Positions 23,319 through 31,712 are shown, counted from the stretch's first letter. The stretch: 32,000 bases of DNA from Methanothermobacter thermautotrophicus str. Delta H (GCF_000008645.1 NC_000916.1:300001-332000); one strand, 5' to 3'. A program made the numbers and translations. Notes: generated from the letters alone by a model not told the origin.

Positions 23319-24323
23319 ATGGACTCCATGAAAAGGTTTTACTTCTTTGCACTGAGCATCCTTCTCATCCTGGCACTCATAATATGGATGGGACCCTCAA
23401 GGATCATCAGGGCAGTCTACATGGCGGACTGGATGATCATAGCCATCGCACTTCTCATCCACATGGGGGTTCTGGCTGTTAGGGGCCTCCGCTGGGGTTT
23501 CATTATAGGCCAGCCCTGGAGGATGCGGGTCAACTTCATGGTGAAGACCATCGGCCTCTTTGCCGGTAACCTCAGCCCCATGAGGAGTGCTGGCGAGGTC
23601 ATGAATGCACTAGCAGGTAAAAAACTGAACGGAATTGAACTCTCAGAGGGTCTCTCAGCTGGTTTAACCGAGAGGTTCTTTGATCTGGGGATAGGAGGGG
23701 GTCTGCTTCTCCTTGCAGCCGTGATGGTGCCGGTGATAAGGGTAATAGCCCTCTTCGGGGCGATTCTATCTGTCCTCATAACCTACCTCATCTACCTTGT
23801 TAACTGGAGGGAGGAGAAGGGTTTGAGGATCTACCAGAGGATACATAGCATCATTGAGAGACTTCCAGTATCTGAGGAAACACTTGAAAACCTCTATGAA
23901 CGTTTAACCTCCGGTATAAAGGGCATGATAGGTTACACGAGATCCTACTCCAACTTCACCTCCCTTGGAGTCATATTCATCCTTTCACTCCTCTCCTGGC
24001 TCATGGAGTGCCTGAGACTCTACCTGGTATTCATGGCCTTCGGAGTGGAGACCTCCTTCTCTGCAGTTATAATAATATTCCTCCTGGCAAACCTTGTGGG
24101 CATACTATCTGCCCTTCCAGGGGGCATGGGCTCAATGGAGGTCTCAATGGCAGGACTGTTTGTAGTATTTGGTGTCCCCGGGTTCCTGGCTGGAAGCATA
24201 GCCCTGGTGGACCGTATAATATCATTCTGGATGGTCACAGCACTGGGAGCCATCTTCTCATCCTGCTATGCCGGGGAGATATTTGATGAGGTCAGGTCCT
24301 ATATCCTTGATATAAGGGCGTGA
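23319..24323 (+). CDS. UPF0104 / LPG-synthase-TM-like 'flippase-like' integral membrane protein
   Basis: 334 aa with about 8 TM helices. The N-terminal pattern (...IIWMGPSRIIRAVYMADWMIIAIALLIHMGVLAVRGLRWGFII) is typical of this family, which is often paired with GT2 enzymes. Confidence 0.65.
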   Translation: MDSMKRFYFFALSILLILALIIWMGPSRIIRAVYMADWMIIAIALLIHMGVLAVRGLRWGFIIGQPWRMRVNFMVKTIGLFAGNLSPMRSAGEVMNALAGKKLNGIELSEGLSAGLTERFFDLGIGGGLLLLAAVMVPVIRVIALFGAILSVLITYLIYLVNWREEKGLRIYQRIHSIIERLPVSEETLENLYERLTSGIKGMIGYTRSYSNFTSLGVIFILSLLSWLMECLRLYLVFMAFGVETSFSAVIIIFLLANLVGILSALPGGMGSMEVSMAGLFVVFGVPGFLAGSIALVDRIISFWMVTALGAIFSSCYAGEIFDEVRSYILDIRA

Positions 24324-24357
24324 TGAGGGGCTTTGTGATGTATTTCTGATAGTCCTG

Positions 24358-24364
24358 TTTTTTT
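24358..24364 (+). terminator. T7 run after the plus-strand operon
   Basis: TTTTTTT lies 35 nt downstream of the stop at 24323, in a convergent gap. Confidence 0.4.
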
Positions 24365-24393
24365 GGAGGTCATATATCCTGATGAACTGATTT

Positions 24394-25812
24394 TTATCTC
24401 TGGCCCCTGATGATTGACCTCACCACAGCCCTGTCCACAGAGTCCAGGGCACCTGTCAGGAGGATCCCGGCGATATAGGCAACCAGGGCCAGGGGGATCC
24501 TTATGAGTATACTGAGGGGGAGCAGGAGTAAGATGATTGAAGCTGCTGCAGGGAGGAGGATCCTCCAGGCAACATGCAGGTCCCTCCATGCAGGACCAAA
24601 ACCGAGATCGCGCACCGTCCTGAGGAAAAGTAGGGTCATGAGGGCCTCCGTCATTACTGTGGCAGCACTCGCACCCATAAAGTCAAAGCGTGGGATCAGT
24701 GCGAGGTTGAGGGTCACATTGAAGAGGGCTGCAACCCCAGTGATCCTGGTGACCGTGATCTGCCTGTTGGCTGACCCCAGGAGGCTGGAGCTCACACCAT
24801 TTATGAACATGAAGGCGGTTGCGATTATGAGCACCCTGAGGGCGGGGACCGATTCAAGGTACTTCGCAGAGAAGATGAGCTCTATCAGGGGCCCTGCAAG
24901 TGTGAATACCGTGAAGATCAGGGGGACCGCTATGATTATGAGATACTTCAGGGACCTCATGTAGGTGAACCGCAGTGAATCTTCACTTTCAACGTGGAAC
25001 CTGGACATCACAGGGAATACAGCGGTGAGGTAGACACCGTAAAGTGATGTGATGACCGTGAGGAGCCTGTAGGGTGCATTGTAAAGACCCACTGAGACAT
25101 CACCCTTCATGAGGGAGAGCATCACGGAGTCTATCCAGAAGTATATCAGAGAGAATACACTCGTTATCCCGAAGGGGATGGCCTCCCTGATCATGTCGCG
25201 GCTGAAACTTAAACCTGGAGTGAAGAAACGACGGGTGAATGTTGTAGCGGAGTATACAAGTGAGAGGGCGGCTGCAATGAGGTAGGCCACTGCGACATGC
25301 ACAACACTCCCACCCAGCCAGACAACGGCAATGACACCTACAAGTATGAAGAGGCTGTTGAGGATGTTCCATACTGTCTGGTACTCCATCCTCTGGAAAC
25401 CCTGGAATATACTGTTGAAGAATGAGCTGAAGGAGGTCAAAAGCATGTACCCTGCTATGAAAACGATGACTGCAGCGGCAGTCCCGCTGTACAGTCCTGT
25501 GAGGGGGAAGAGGAGTATCAGCACAAATACGATGCATGAGAGGATGATACGGTTACCGAGACCCGCCGCCACAAGTTCCCTGGCCCCTCCAGGGTTCCTT
25601 GCAATCTCCCGGGTGATGTAGGTCCCTATACCCAGATCTGCGAGTATGCTGAATATGCCGGTCAGGGCCAGCGCAGTCGAGAGTATACCAAAACCAGCGG
25701 TTCCAAGGTACCTTGCGAGGTAGACGTTCCATACAAAGGCCGCAAGGTTTGTGAAGAGTGTGGCCACCAGGAGGAATGCCGTGTTCCTTGCAAGGGTCCT
25801 TGCATGACTCAT
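24394..25812 (-). CDS. Wzx/MOP-family polysaccharide (O-antigen-type) flippase, intact
   Basis: About 472 aa from the ATG at 25812 (MSHARTLARNTAFLLVATLFTNLAAFVWNVYLARYLGTAGFGILS...), with 12-14 TM helices. The track start at 25860 would overlap the upstream gene by 43 nt. GTGAT SD-like sequence lies before 25812. Confidence 0.8.
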   Translation of the reverse strand: MSHARTLARNTAFLLVATLFTNLAAFVWNVYLARYLGTAGFGILSTALALTGIFSILADLGIGTYITREIARNPGGARELVAAGLGNRIILSCIVFVLILLFPLTGLYSGTAAAVIVFIAGYMLLTSFSSFFNSIFQGFQRMEYQTVWNILNSLFILVGVIAVVWLGGSVVHVAVAYLIAAALSLVYSATTFTRRFFTPGLSFSRDMIREAIPFGITSVFSLIYFWIDSVMLSLMKGDVSVGLYNAPYRLLTVITSLYGVYLTAVFPVMSRFHVESEDSLRFTYMRSLKYLIIIAVPLIFTVFTLAGPLIELIFSAKYLESVPALRVLIIATAFMFINGVSSSLLGSANRQITVTRITGVAALFNVTLNLALIPRFDFMGASAATVMTEALMTLLFLRTVRDLGFGPAWRDLHVAWRILLPAAASIILLLLPLSILIRIPLALVAYIAGILLTGALDSVDRAVVRSIIRGQR

Positions 25813-25817
25813 TTCAA

Positions 25818-26768
25818 TCACTGATAGGAGGATCCTATCTTCAGTCTTTCCAGGAACCACTCAACGGTCCTCATAAGCCCCTCCTCAAGTCCAACCTCTG
25901 GCCTGAAACCTGCTGCAGCGAGACGGGACGTGTCTGCAAGGGAGTGCCTCACGTCTCCGGGCCTCTCATCAAGGTATTCTGGTTCTGCATCTGACTCAAG
26001 GATCCCTGAAATTATATCGAAGAGCCTGTTGACTGTAACGGAACTTCCACCGGCCACATTGTAAACCCCTGATCCACGGGACTCTGCCAGGAAGATGTTG
26101 GCCCTCACAACGTCACCGACGTATATGAAGTCACGGCTCTGCTCTCCATCCCCGTAGATCTCAGGGGACCTGCCACTGAGGAGGGCGTCGATGAACCTGG
26201 GGATGACTGCAGCGTACTGTGAATCAGGCCTCTGGCGGGGTCCGTAGACATTGAAGTACCTCAGGGAGACGGTTTCAAGCCCCTGGTCCTCAAATACCTG
26301 GCAGTAGTACTCCCCCGTCACCTTGGACACTGCGTAGGGTGATAGGGGCATTGGTCTGGCGTCCTCCCTCAGGGGAATCTCCGGGTTGTTCCCATAGACA
26401 GCAGAGGTTGATGCGTTCACAACCTTCCGGACACCTGCCCTGGAGGAGGCCATCAGCACCCTGAGGGTCCCTGTGGCATTGACACGGTGACACCTGAGGG
26501 GGTCCCTCACACTCTCGGGGACACTGGCCAGGGCTGCCTGGTGGAAGACGTAGTCCTTGCCCTGAAATACCTTCTCAAGGTCCAGATCATTTATGCTCCC
26601 CTCAATTATCTCAAGGTCCTCATGGTGGGGGTCCCTGAGGTTATCCGGGCTTCCGGTTGATAGGTCATCGATTACGGTGACACGGTTTCCCCTCTCAAGG
26701 AGTTCATCTGTGAGGTGTGAACCTATAAATCCAAGTCCTCCGGTTACAGCTACATCCATATCTCTCAT
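25818..26768 (-). CDS. NAD-dependent sugar-nucleotide epimerase (UDP-glucose 4-epimerase-like, extended SDR)
   Basis: VAVTGGLGFIGSHLTDEL, YAVSKVTGE (YxxxK), 316 aa. Confidence 0.8.
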   Translation of the reverse strand: MRDMDVAVTGGLGFIGSHLTDELLERGNRVTVIDDLSTGSPDNLRDPHHEDLEIIEGSINDLDLEKVFQGKDYVFHQAALASVPESVRDPLRCHRVNATGTLRVLMASSRAGVRKVVNASTSAVYGNNPEIPLREDARPMPLSPYAVSKVTGEYYCQVFEDQGLETVSLRYFNVYGPRQRPDSQYAAVIPRFIDALLSGRSPEIYGDGEQSRDFIYVGDVVRANIFLAESRGSGVYNVAGGSSVTVNRLFDIISGILESDAEPEYLDERPGDVRHSLADTSRLAAAGFRPEVGLEEGLMRTVEWFLERLKIGSSYQ

Positions 26769-26875
26769 ATTATCCCTGTCCGGCTGATGAAGTTTGATAT
26801 CGGTCAGTATTTGATCAGTCTTATCCGTTGATTTGAGCGGTTTTCATGCCTACAGATCACCATCTGAAGCATTAA

Positions 26876-28693
26876 CTATGTGACGTTTATGAAGAGATGG
26901 AGGGACCTGTAGGGCTTTTCTGTGTCAGGTAACCTGTAGAGAAGGAATTCGAGTTTCTGGTTCTTTCCAGCCTCTGTTACTGTGAGATTCACCCTCTTCT
27001 CCCACCTCTCACCATTACCCAGTTTTAGGGTTTCATTCCTTAAAACATCTCCGCCTATTCTCACCACCATCCGGTAGGTTTCGTTACGGTACTCCCTGTT
27101 CACCACTCCTACCATTACCTCAACGCGCTCGCCGGCAGTAACATTCTCAGGGTAACCGTAGGCCTTACCACCAGGCCCCAGGATGTAGAACTCGGTGAAC
27201 CTCTCAGAGGGCACCGGGTTAAGGGTCAGGTAGACCGTGACTGCAACGAGGGCCACGAGTACAGCCGAGAGTATGAGGGATACCTTACCATCCCTTGAGA
27301 GACTGCGGGGTGATGGGATACGTCTCACATCAACTGAGTATGCAAGTCCCCCGGCCCTGTAACGCCTTATAAAGGCTGCGGGTGTCATTATCAGGCTTAT
27401 TGCAGATATGCTCCTTGCAAGAAGCGGCTTGAAGGTAACATGACCACCCATAAGGAGCGCTATCACCGATGATATGATTATGCTTACTGAAAATTCAAGG
27501 AAGAGCCTCTCGGGGACGCTTAACTGGTCTCTGAGGGGTGCCACGGCAGCTGTTAGAATGTATCCGGGTATCAGGAGCACCTGGAGGTAGAAGAGGGCTT
27601 CCACAACGCCCCGCGGAGATGAATTGATTGCAGCGATGGTAAAGATGCTCAGGAGCACCATAACCAGAAGGTCACTGAAACCTGCCAGGTTCCTTCTGGC
27701 TTCCTTTTCTATCCAGAACTCATCCCCGGGGAATGCCCTTCTGAGCTCCCCCTCCAGATCCCTCTCTTTACCCGTCCTCAGGGCCTTCTTCTTTATCCCT
27801 GAAGGGTCAACTGCCCTGAGATCCCTTTCAGGTATCTCCGGGACATGCAGTATTACATCATCCTCGACGAGTCCGTACCTTTCGAGGATGTCCCTCTCTG
27901 ACATCTGCAGTGACTCTATCTCCCCTATCCTCTGCCTGGTCCTCCTTATGTAGGCCACAAGGGCTGATAGTATACCTGCTGCACCAAGGACCACCACCCC
28001 GTATTTGCTTCCTGTGGTTCCAGCTACCAGCGTGAGTAGAAGGGCGAATGGTATGGTTAATGCGGCCCTTCTGAGCCTTCCATATCCCTGGAGTCTCAGT
28101 AGAAGGGCGGCTGCAAGGCCATAGGACGAGGAGGCTATAAGTATAATGATGAGCACAAACCTGACCGGGTTCAGGTGGATGAATGCTATTAGGAGAGGTG
28201 TGGCACCGGAAAGGACAGCTGAAATCAGGATGTCCCTTAATGGTGCATGTTCTCCCCCATGGGCTTCCTCTAAACCGCTTTTTCTTTCAGAGGTATCAGC
28301 CCGGCTTTCCACTGGGTGGTCTCTTTTTGCGAGTTCTCTGGCGGTTTTTATCTGGGTGCTTTCCACCTCAACATCCTTTCTGGAGCGTTTCAGGAGCAGG
28401 ATGATTGGTATGAGTATGGCGGGGAGGGCGTAGAGGACCCTTACATTCCTAAGGTATGTATAGTTCAGAATGAATGCGTTGAGGGCCAGTATTAGAAGCC
28501 CCGGTATGGGGGTGATCAGGGTATCCCCAAGACCGGTCAGTCTGAGGAAGCTGTAACCTGTTACCAGCACACAGAGGATGAGCCCTGCTACCCTGAGGTG
28601 AAACTGGGGCGCTGCTATCAGAAGAGCTGAGATTATACCTGTTATGAGGAGTAGGATTTTCGCTTTGAACTTCACATGAGATTCTCCTGTCAC
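26876..28693 (-). CDS. DUF1616-type archaeal membrane protein with C-terminal extracellular beta-domain, N-terminally extended
   Basis: 605 aa. Many TM helices separated by two charged cytoplasmic segments. The C-terminal FTEFYILGPGGKAYGYPENVTAGERVEVMVGVVNREYRNETYRMVV...KLEFLLYR... is the DUF1616 hallmark as I recall it. An alternative GTG start at 28675 is preceded by AGGAG. Confidence 0.65.
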   Translation of the reverse strand: MTGESHVKFKAKILLLITGIISALLIAAPQFHLRVAGLILCVLVTGYSFLRLTGLGDTLITPIPGLLILALNAFILNYTYLRNVRVLYALPAILIPIILLLKRSRKDVEVESTQIKTARELAKRDHPVESRADTSERKSGLEEAHGGEHAPLRDILISAVLSGATPLLIAFIHLNPVRFVLIIILIASSSYGLAAALLLRLQGYGRLRRAALTIPFALLLTLVAGTTGSKYGVVVLGAAGILSALVAYIRRTRQRIGEIESLQMSERDILERYGLVEDDVILHVPEIPERDLRAVDPSGIKKKALRTGKERDLEGELRRAFPGDEFWIEKEARRNLAGFSDLLVMVLLSIFTIAAINSSPRGVVEALFYLQVLLIPGYILTAAVAPLRDQLSVPERLFLEFSVSIIISSVIALLMGGHVTFKPLLARSISAISLIMTPAAFIRRYRAGGLAYSVDVRRIPSPRSLSRDGKVSLILSAVLVALVAVTVYLTLNPVPSERFTEFYILGPGGKAYGYPENVTAGERVEVMVGVVNREYRNETYRMVVRIGGDVLRNETLKLGNGERWEKRVNLTVTEAGKNQKLEFLLYRLPDTEKPYRSLHLFINVT

Positions 28694-28834
28694 TGCAATT
28701 GATTAAGTAGATTATTATCAATTCTGGACTGATAAATATTTACCATCAGTGCCCGGCGGAACATAATAAAATTAGAATAGATAAGGTTTCGATATATCCT
28801 GCCTGGACAGTTCTGGCATGGAATTCCGATAGAA

Positions 28835-29347
28835 TCAGGTACCCGGTGACCTTATGGCTATATGGTAGACCCTCACCCTGTATTCGCCGGGTTCTGTGAA
28901 TGGTGGCACCGTGAGACTGAGATCAACAGGCACCACCGCATCGATATCCCGTTTCGCTGCCCAGTTCTTTCTTACCGGTGTGTAGGTTGTTGTTAGTGGT
29001 GTTTCGGGGAGTCCGATGCCGTAGTTGGCGTATTTGAGGTTCTGTATGGGTATGGTTTCTGGGCCCTGGAGGTCTCCTTCGGCTCTTATGTAGAGGTCGA
29101 TGGGTACGTTGGATAGGTCCTTTATCTGGAGTCCCTGGGGTCCTCCTGGCCAGTAGTATTCTTTTCCGGGTTCCACTGTGGCTGTGAGTGTGAAGGAGTT
29201 CCCGGTTTCCCTTCCCTGCCAGAGGACCATTATTTCAACACTCTCGGGTACCGTAACGGTAACTTCCTGCACCGTATTCATGGTTGCAAATGGCACCGGA
29301 AGGAGGAGCAGGATGAAGAGCACACCCATCCATTCGTGGCTGTACAT
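28835..29347 (-). CDS. Small secreted beta-rich protein, paralog 1 (unknown function)
   Basis: 170 aa. Hydrophobic N-terminus WMGVLFILLLLPVPFA. Core VQEVTVTVPESVEIMVLWQG...TTTYTPVRKNW is identical to paralog 2. The C-terminal motif VPVDLSLTVPPFTEPGEYRVRVYHIAI resembles Ig-like or CARDB-type strands. Confidence 0.7.
   Translation of the reverse strand: MYSHEWMGVLFILLLLPVPFATMNTVQEVTVTVPESVEIMVLWQGRETGNSFTLTATVEPGKEYYWPGGPQGLQIKDLSNVPIDLYIRAEGDLQGPETIPIQNLKYANYGIGLPETPLTTTYTPVRKNWAAKRDIDAVVPVDLSLTVPPFTEPGEYRVRVYHIAIRSPGT
28961..29274. repeat. 314-bp near-identical block, copy A (core of secreted paralog 1)
   Basis: Aligned by eye to 29636-29949: 2 mismatches (29250 t/c, 29264 t/c) and no gaps. 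Confidence 0.9.
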
Positions 29348-29512
29348 GATATGACCTGATTGAGTGGTTGCATTTACTTATATTATGTTAGATTATCCCT
29401 ATAATAATTTATTATCAATAAAGGTCTCACAGCATGAACCATGTGACTCATAAAAAATAGTGTGTTGAATGGGAGTGGCTGCTGTTAAATCATGATTCTG
29501 GTGTATCCCTGG

Positions 29513-30022
29513 CTATTCTCCATGGGGGACCGCTATGTGGTATATGTTAACTGAGTAGACACCGGCAGCGGTTGCTGGTGGTACCGTGAGGTGGAGGTCA
29601 ACCGGTATCAGGGATTCATCCTCTGATTTAACCATCCAGTTCTTTCTTACCGGTGTGTAGGTTGTTGTTAGTGGTGTTTCGGGGAGTCCGATGCCGTAGT
29701 TGGCGTATTTGAGGTTCTGTATGGGTATGGTTTCTGGGCCCTGGAGGTCTCCTTCGGCTCTTATGTAGAGGTCGATGGGTACGTTGGATAGGTCCTTTAT
29801 CTGGAGTCCCTGGGGTCCTCCTGGCCAGTAGTATTCTTTTCCGGGTTCCACTGTGGCTGTGAGTGTGAAGGAGTTCCCGGTTTCCCTTCCCTGCCAGAGG
29901 ACCATTATTTCAACACTCTCGGGCACCGTAACGGTAACCTCCTGCACCGCGGTGGCTCCTGCTGCAGGTTTTAAAAGCAGAAGGAGGATGACTGCAGTGA
30001 CCATTCCAGCAGTTTTAAGCAT
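29513..30022 (-). CDS. Small secreted beta-rich protein, paralog 2 (unknown function)
   Basis: 169 aa. Signal peptide MLKTAGMVTAVILLLLLKPAAGA. Identical ~104-aa core and a diverged tail IPVDLHLTVPPATAAGVYSVNIYHIAV. Confidence 0.7.
   Translation of the reverse strand: MLKTAGMVTAVILLLLLKPAAGATAVQEVTVTVPESVEIMVLWQGRETGNSFTLTATVEPGKEYYWPGGPQGLQIKDLSNVPIDLYIRAEGDLQGPETIPIQNLKYANYGIGLPETPLTTTYTPVRKNWMVKSEDESLIPVDLHLTVPPATAAGVYSVNIYHIAVPHGE
29636..29949. repeat. 314-bp near-identical block, copy B (core of secreted paralog 2)
   Basis: See copy A. The flanking coding sequence on both sides is strongly diverged. Confidence 0.9.
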
Positions 30023-30135
30023 ATTCCCACCCCATCATGTCCTGGAGGTTCCTATGGAGTCACATCCACTTACCGGTTTCTGTGAATATAATCACGAAAA
30101 CGACTATGAAAATCCTTAAAATTTATTACTAAATC

Positions 30136-30210
30136 TTCTGTAGAGGGACCCTTCAGATATCAGTAAAAAAAAGTTTCTGTAGAGAAACCTCCAGATATTA
30201 GTAAAAAAGG
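30136..30210. promoter_or_regulatory. Two tandem ~38-bp imperfect repeats in the divergent region between secreted paralog 2 and ehaA
   Basis: R1 is ttctgtagagggacccttcagatatcagtaaaaaaaag (30136-30173). R2 is ttctgtagagaaacctccagatattagtaaaaaagg (30175-30210). The period is 39 bp. Confidence 0.4.
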
Positions 30211-30264
30211 CCATAATTTTATTAAGAGGTCTTTTTTAGGTCTAACTCACCTTTTTTAAAAAGA

Positions 30265-30272
30265 TTTATATA
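30265..30272 (+). promoter_or_regulatory. TATA-box candidate TTTATATA (with upstream AAAAAGA, BRE-like) for the eha operon
   Basis: Consensus-like TATA. The in-frame ATG at 30296 lies about 27 nt from its centre, consistent with a leaderless start. The track ATG at 30272 is embedded in the box itself. Confidence 0.45.
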
Positions 30273-30295
30273 TGTTGGATTATCATTCTTTTATC

Positions 30296-30589
30296 ATGAT
30301 TATTCATGTTACATATCTTTCAGGTTACCTAGCAGCCATTATTTCATCGATAATCGTTTCAGCGATACTGGGGCTTCCCCTGACACCTGAAAGGCCGGCC
30401 AGGCACTCATGGACACCATCGGCCATCTTCCCGACACCGGTAATTGCACTGGGACTCACAGCAATATCCATAAAACTGGGTGTCACAGGTATCTATGGAG
30501 CCGACCTCGGAGCCGTGGCAGGGGTCCTATCAGCAATAATGACTGCATACTTCCTTGAGGATATATTCCCCAGACCGGAGGACTCATGA
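30296..30589 (+). CDS. ehaA: Energy-converting hydrogenase A, small membrane subunit EhaA (alternative start 30272)
   Basis: Small protein with 3 TM helices, first of a series of tightly packed or overlapping small membrane-protein genes. The gene order and the neighbouring glycan cluster match my recollection of the Methanothermobacter eha locus. No search was run. Confidence 0.6.
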   Translation: MIIHVTYLSGYLAAIISSIIVSAILGLPLTPERPARHSWTPSAIFPTPVIALGLTAISIKLGVTGIYGADLGAVAGVLSAIMTAYFLEDIFPRPEDS

Positions 30590-31092
30590 TGAATGAACTG
30601 GTTGGAGTTGCAGCCGCAGCAGCCATATCCTGGCTGAACTTCGTTGTGATAGACACATGGATGGGTCTCCCTGAGAAGCCAGGTGTGAGGGGGGCCGACT
30701 ACATTGGAAGGGACATAGAGAAGAGGGGAGGCGACCTTGCGGGTGGCTTCTTCCAGGGAAACATTGTATGCTCACCGGACGCATCAGCAGGCACCCTCCT
30801 CGGCGCCATCGGATGCTACCTCATTGGCGTGCCTGAGGGAGGCCTCGTGGCAGCCCTCCTGGTGTTCATAGGGAACCGTCTCTGCGCCGACCCGGGGTAT
30901 GCCGGGACACTCGGGGCCCTCTCCATAACAGTCATAATAGCGCTGGCATCCCTCGCCGGGATGAGCCCCGGGCTCTTCGTCGCCGGGATGGTCATTGCAA
31001 TAACCACCATACAGGGTGTGAGCCACTCCAGATCATCAAGGCTCCTTGGGGCCATAGCCAGGAGGATGAACAGGTACACTGACCTGAAATAG
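30586..31092 (+). CDS. ehaB: Energy-converting hydrogenase A subunit EhaB (integral membrane)
   Basis: 168 aa. ATGA overlap with ehaA. Hydrophobic Gly/Ala-rich helices. Confidence 0.6.
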   Translation: MMNELVGVAAAAAISWLNFVVIDTWMGLPEKPGVRGADYIGRDIEKRGGDLAGGFFQGNIVCSPDASAGTLLGAIGCYLIGVPEGGLVAALLVFIGNRLCADPGYAGTLGALSITVIIALASLAGMSPGLFVAGMVIAITTIQGVSHSRSSRLLGAIARRMNRYTDLK

Positions 31093-31095
31093 AAG

Positions 31096-31356
31096 GTGTT
31101 AATCATGTTGATCCAGATAACAGGGATAATAGTGGTGCTCATGGCCTTGAGGACACTCCTGGCCCAGGACAGGGCTGAGAGGCTCCTCTACCTCAATGCC
31201 ATGTCCTTTGGAATATCTGCAATGATAGCCCTCTACGTTGGAACCGCCTTTGGCGCTGTCCTTGCAACGGTATACTTTGTGGCATCAACCATAACATCCA
31301 ATGCAATCGCCCACACCCTTGACCGTGTTGGAGAGGAAATGGTTATCGAGGATTAG
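31096..31356 (+). CDS. ehaC: Energy-converting hydrogenase A subunit EhaC (small membrane protein)
   Basis: 86 aa with 3 TM helices. It starts 3 nt after the ehaB stop. Confidence 0.6.
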   Translation: MLIMLIQITGIIVVLMALRTLLAQDRAERLLYLNAMSFGISAMIALYVGTAFGAVLATVYFVASTITSNAIAHTLDRVGEEMVIED

Positions 31357-31380
31357 GAATATATAGATGATTACTGGTGA

Positions 31381-31659
31381 ATGTTTATGAATCCGATGGA
31401 CCTCCTTAACATTACAAACGTTGGTGTCTTTGTCATATTCACGGGAGCTGCAGGCATCATACTCCTCTCAAGGCCCCTTGATAAGATAATAATGTTTTCG
31501 CTCCTCCAGGGGGGCTTTGTGATGGTCCTTGCAGCTGCAAGGTACCTTGATGTTGCCATGGCAGCGGCCCTCTTTGACCCCATATCAACCATAATACTGC
31601 TGATGGCCGTTATGAGGATAAATGATATAAGGACTTCGAGGGGTGAGGAACTTGCCTGA
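31381..31659 (+). CDS. ehaD: Energy-converting hydrogenase A subunit EhaD (small membrane protein)
   Basis: 92 aa with 3 TM helices, in operon context. Confidence 0.6.
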   Translation: MFMNPMDLLNITNVGVFVIFTGAAGIILLSRPLDKIIMFSLLQGGFVMVLAAARYLDVAMAAALFDPISTIILLMAVMRINDIRTSRGEELA

Positions 31660-31712
31660 GGCTTCCATGTTCTCATTCAGGATTATTTACGGGGGTGAGG
31701 AACTTGCTTGAG
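31640..31712. repeat. 21-nt direct repeat GGGGTGAGGAACTTGCyTGAG (31640-31660 and 31692-31712), spaced 52 bp, spanning the ehaD stop and ehaE start
   Basis: 20 of 21 positions are identical. Copy 1 contains the ehaD stop and copy 2 contains the ehaE GTG start. Confidence 0.8.

Noticed and set aside
28711-29420. Shared 11-nt TTATTATCAAT upstream of the DUF1616 gene (28713-28723) and of secreted paralog 1 (29410-29420)
   Set aside because: It is an AT-rich 11-mer in promoter-like sequence. It is compatible with independent TATA-like elements and not long enough to argue for a specific shared operator.
30136-30210. Tandem repeats considered as a minimal CRISPR array
   Set aside because: There are only two imperfect, directly abutting copies with no spacers, no cas genes nearby and an AT-rich promoter context. 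A regulatory repeat is the better explanation.
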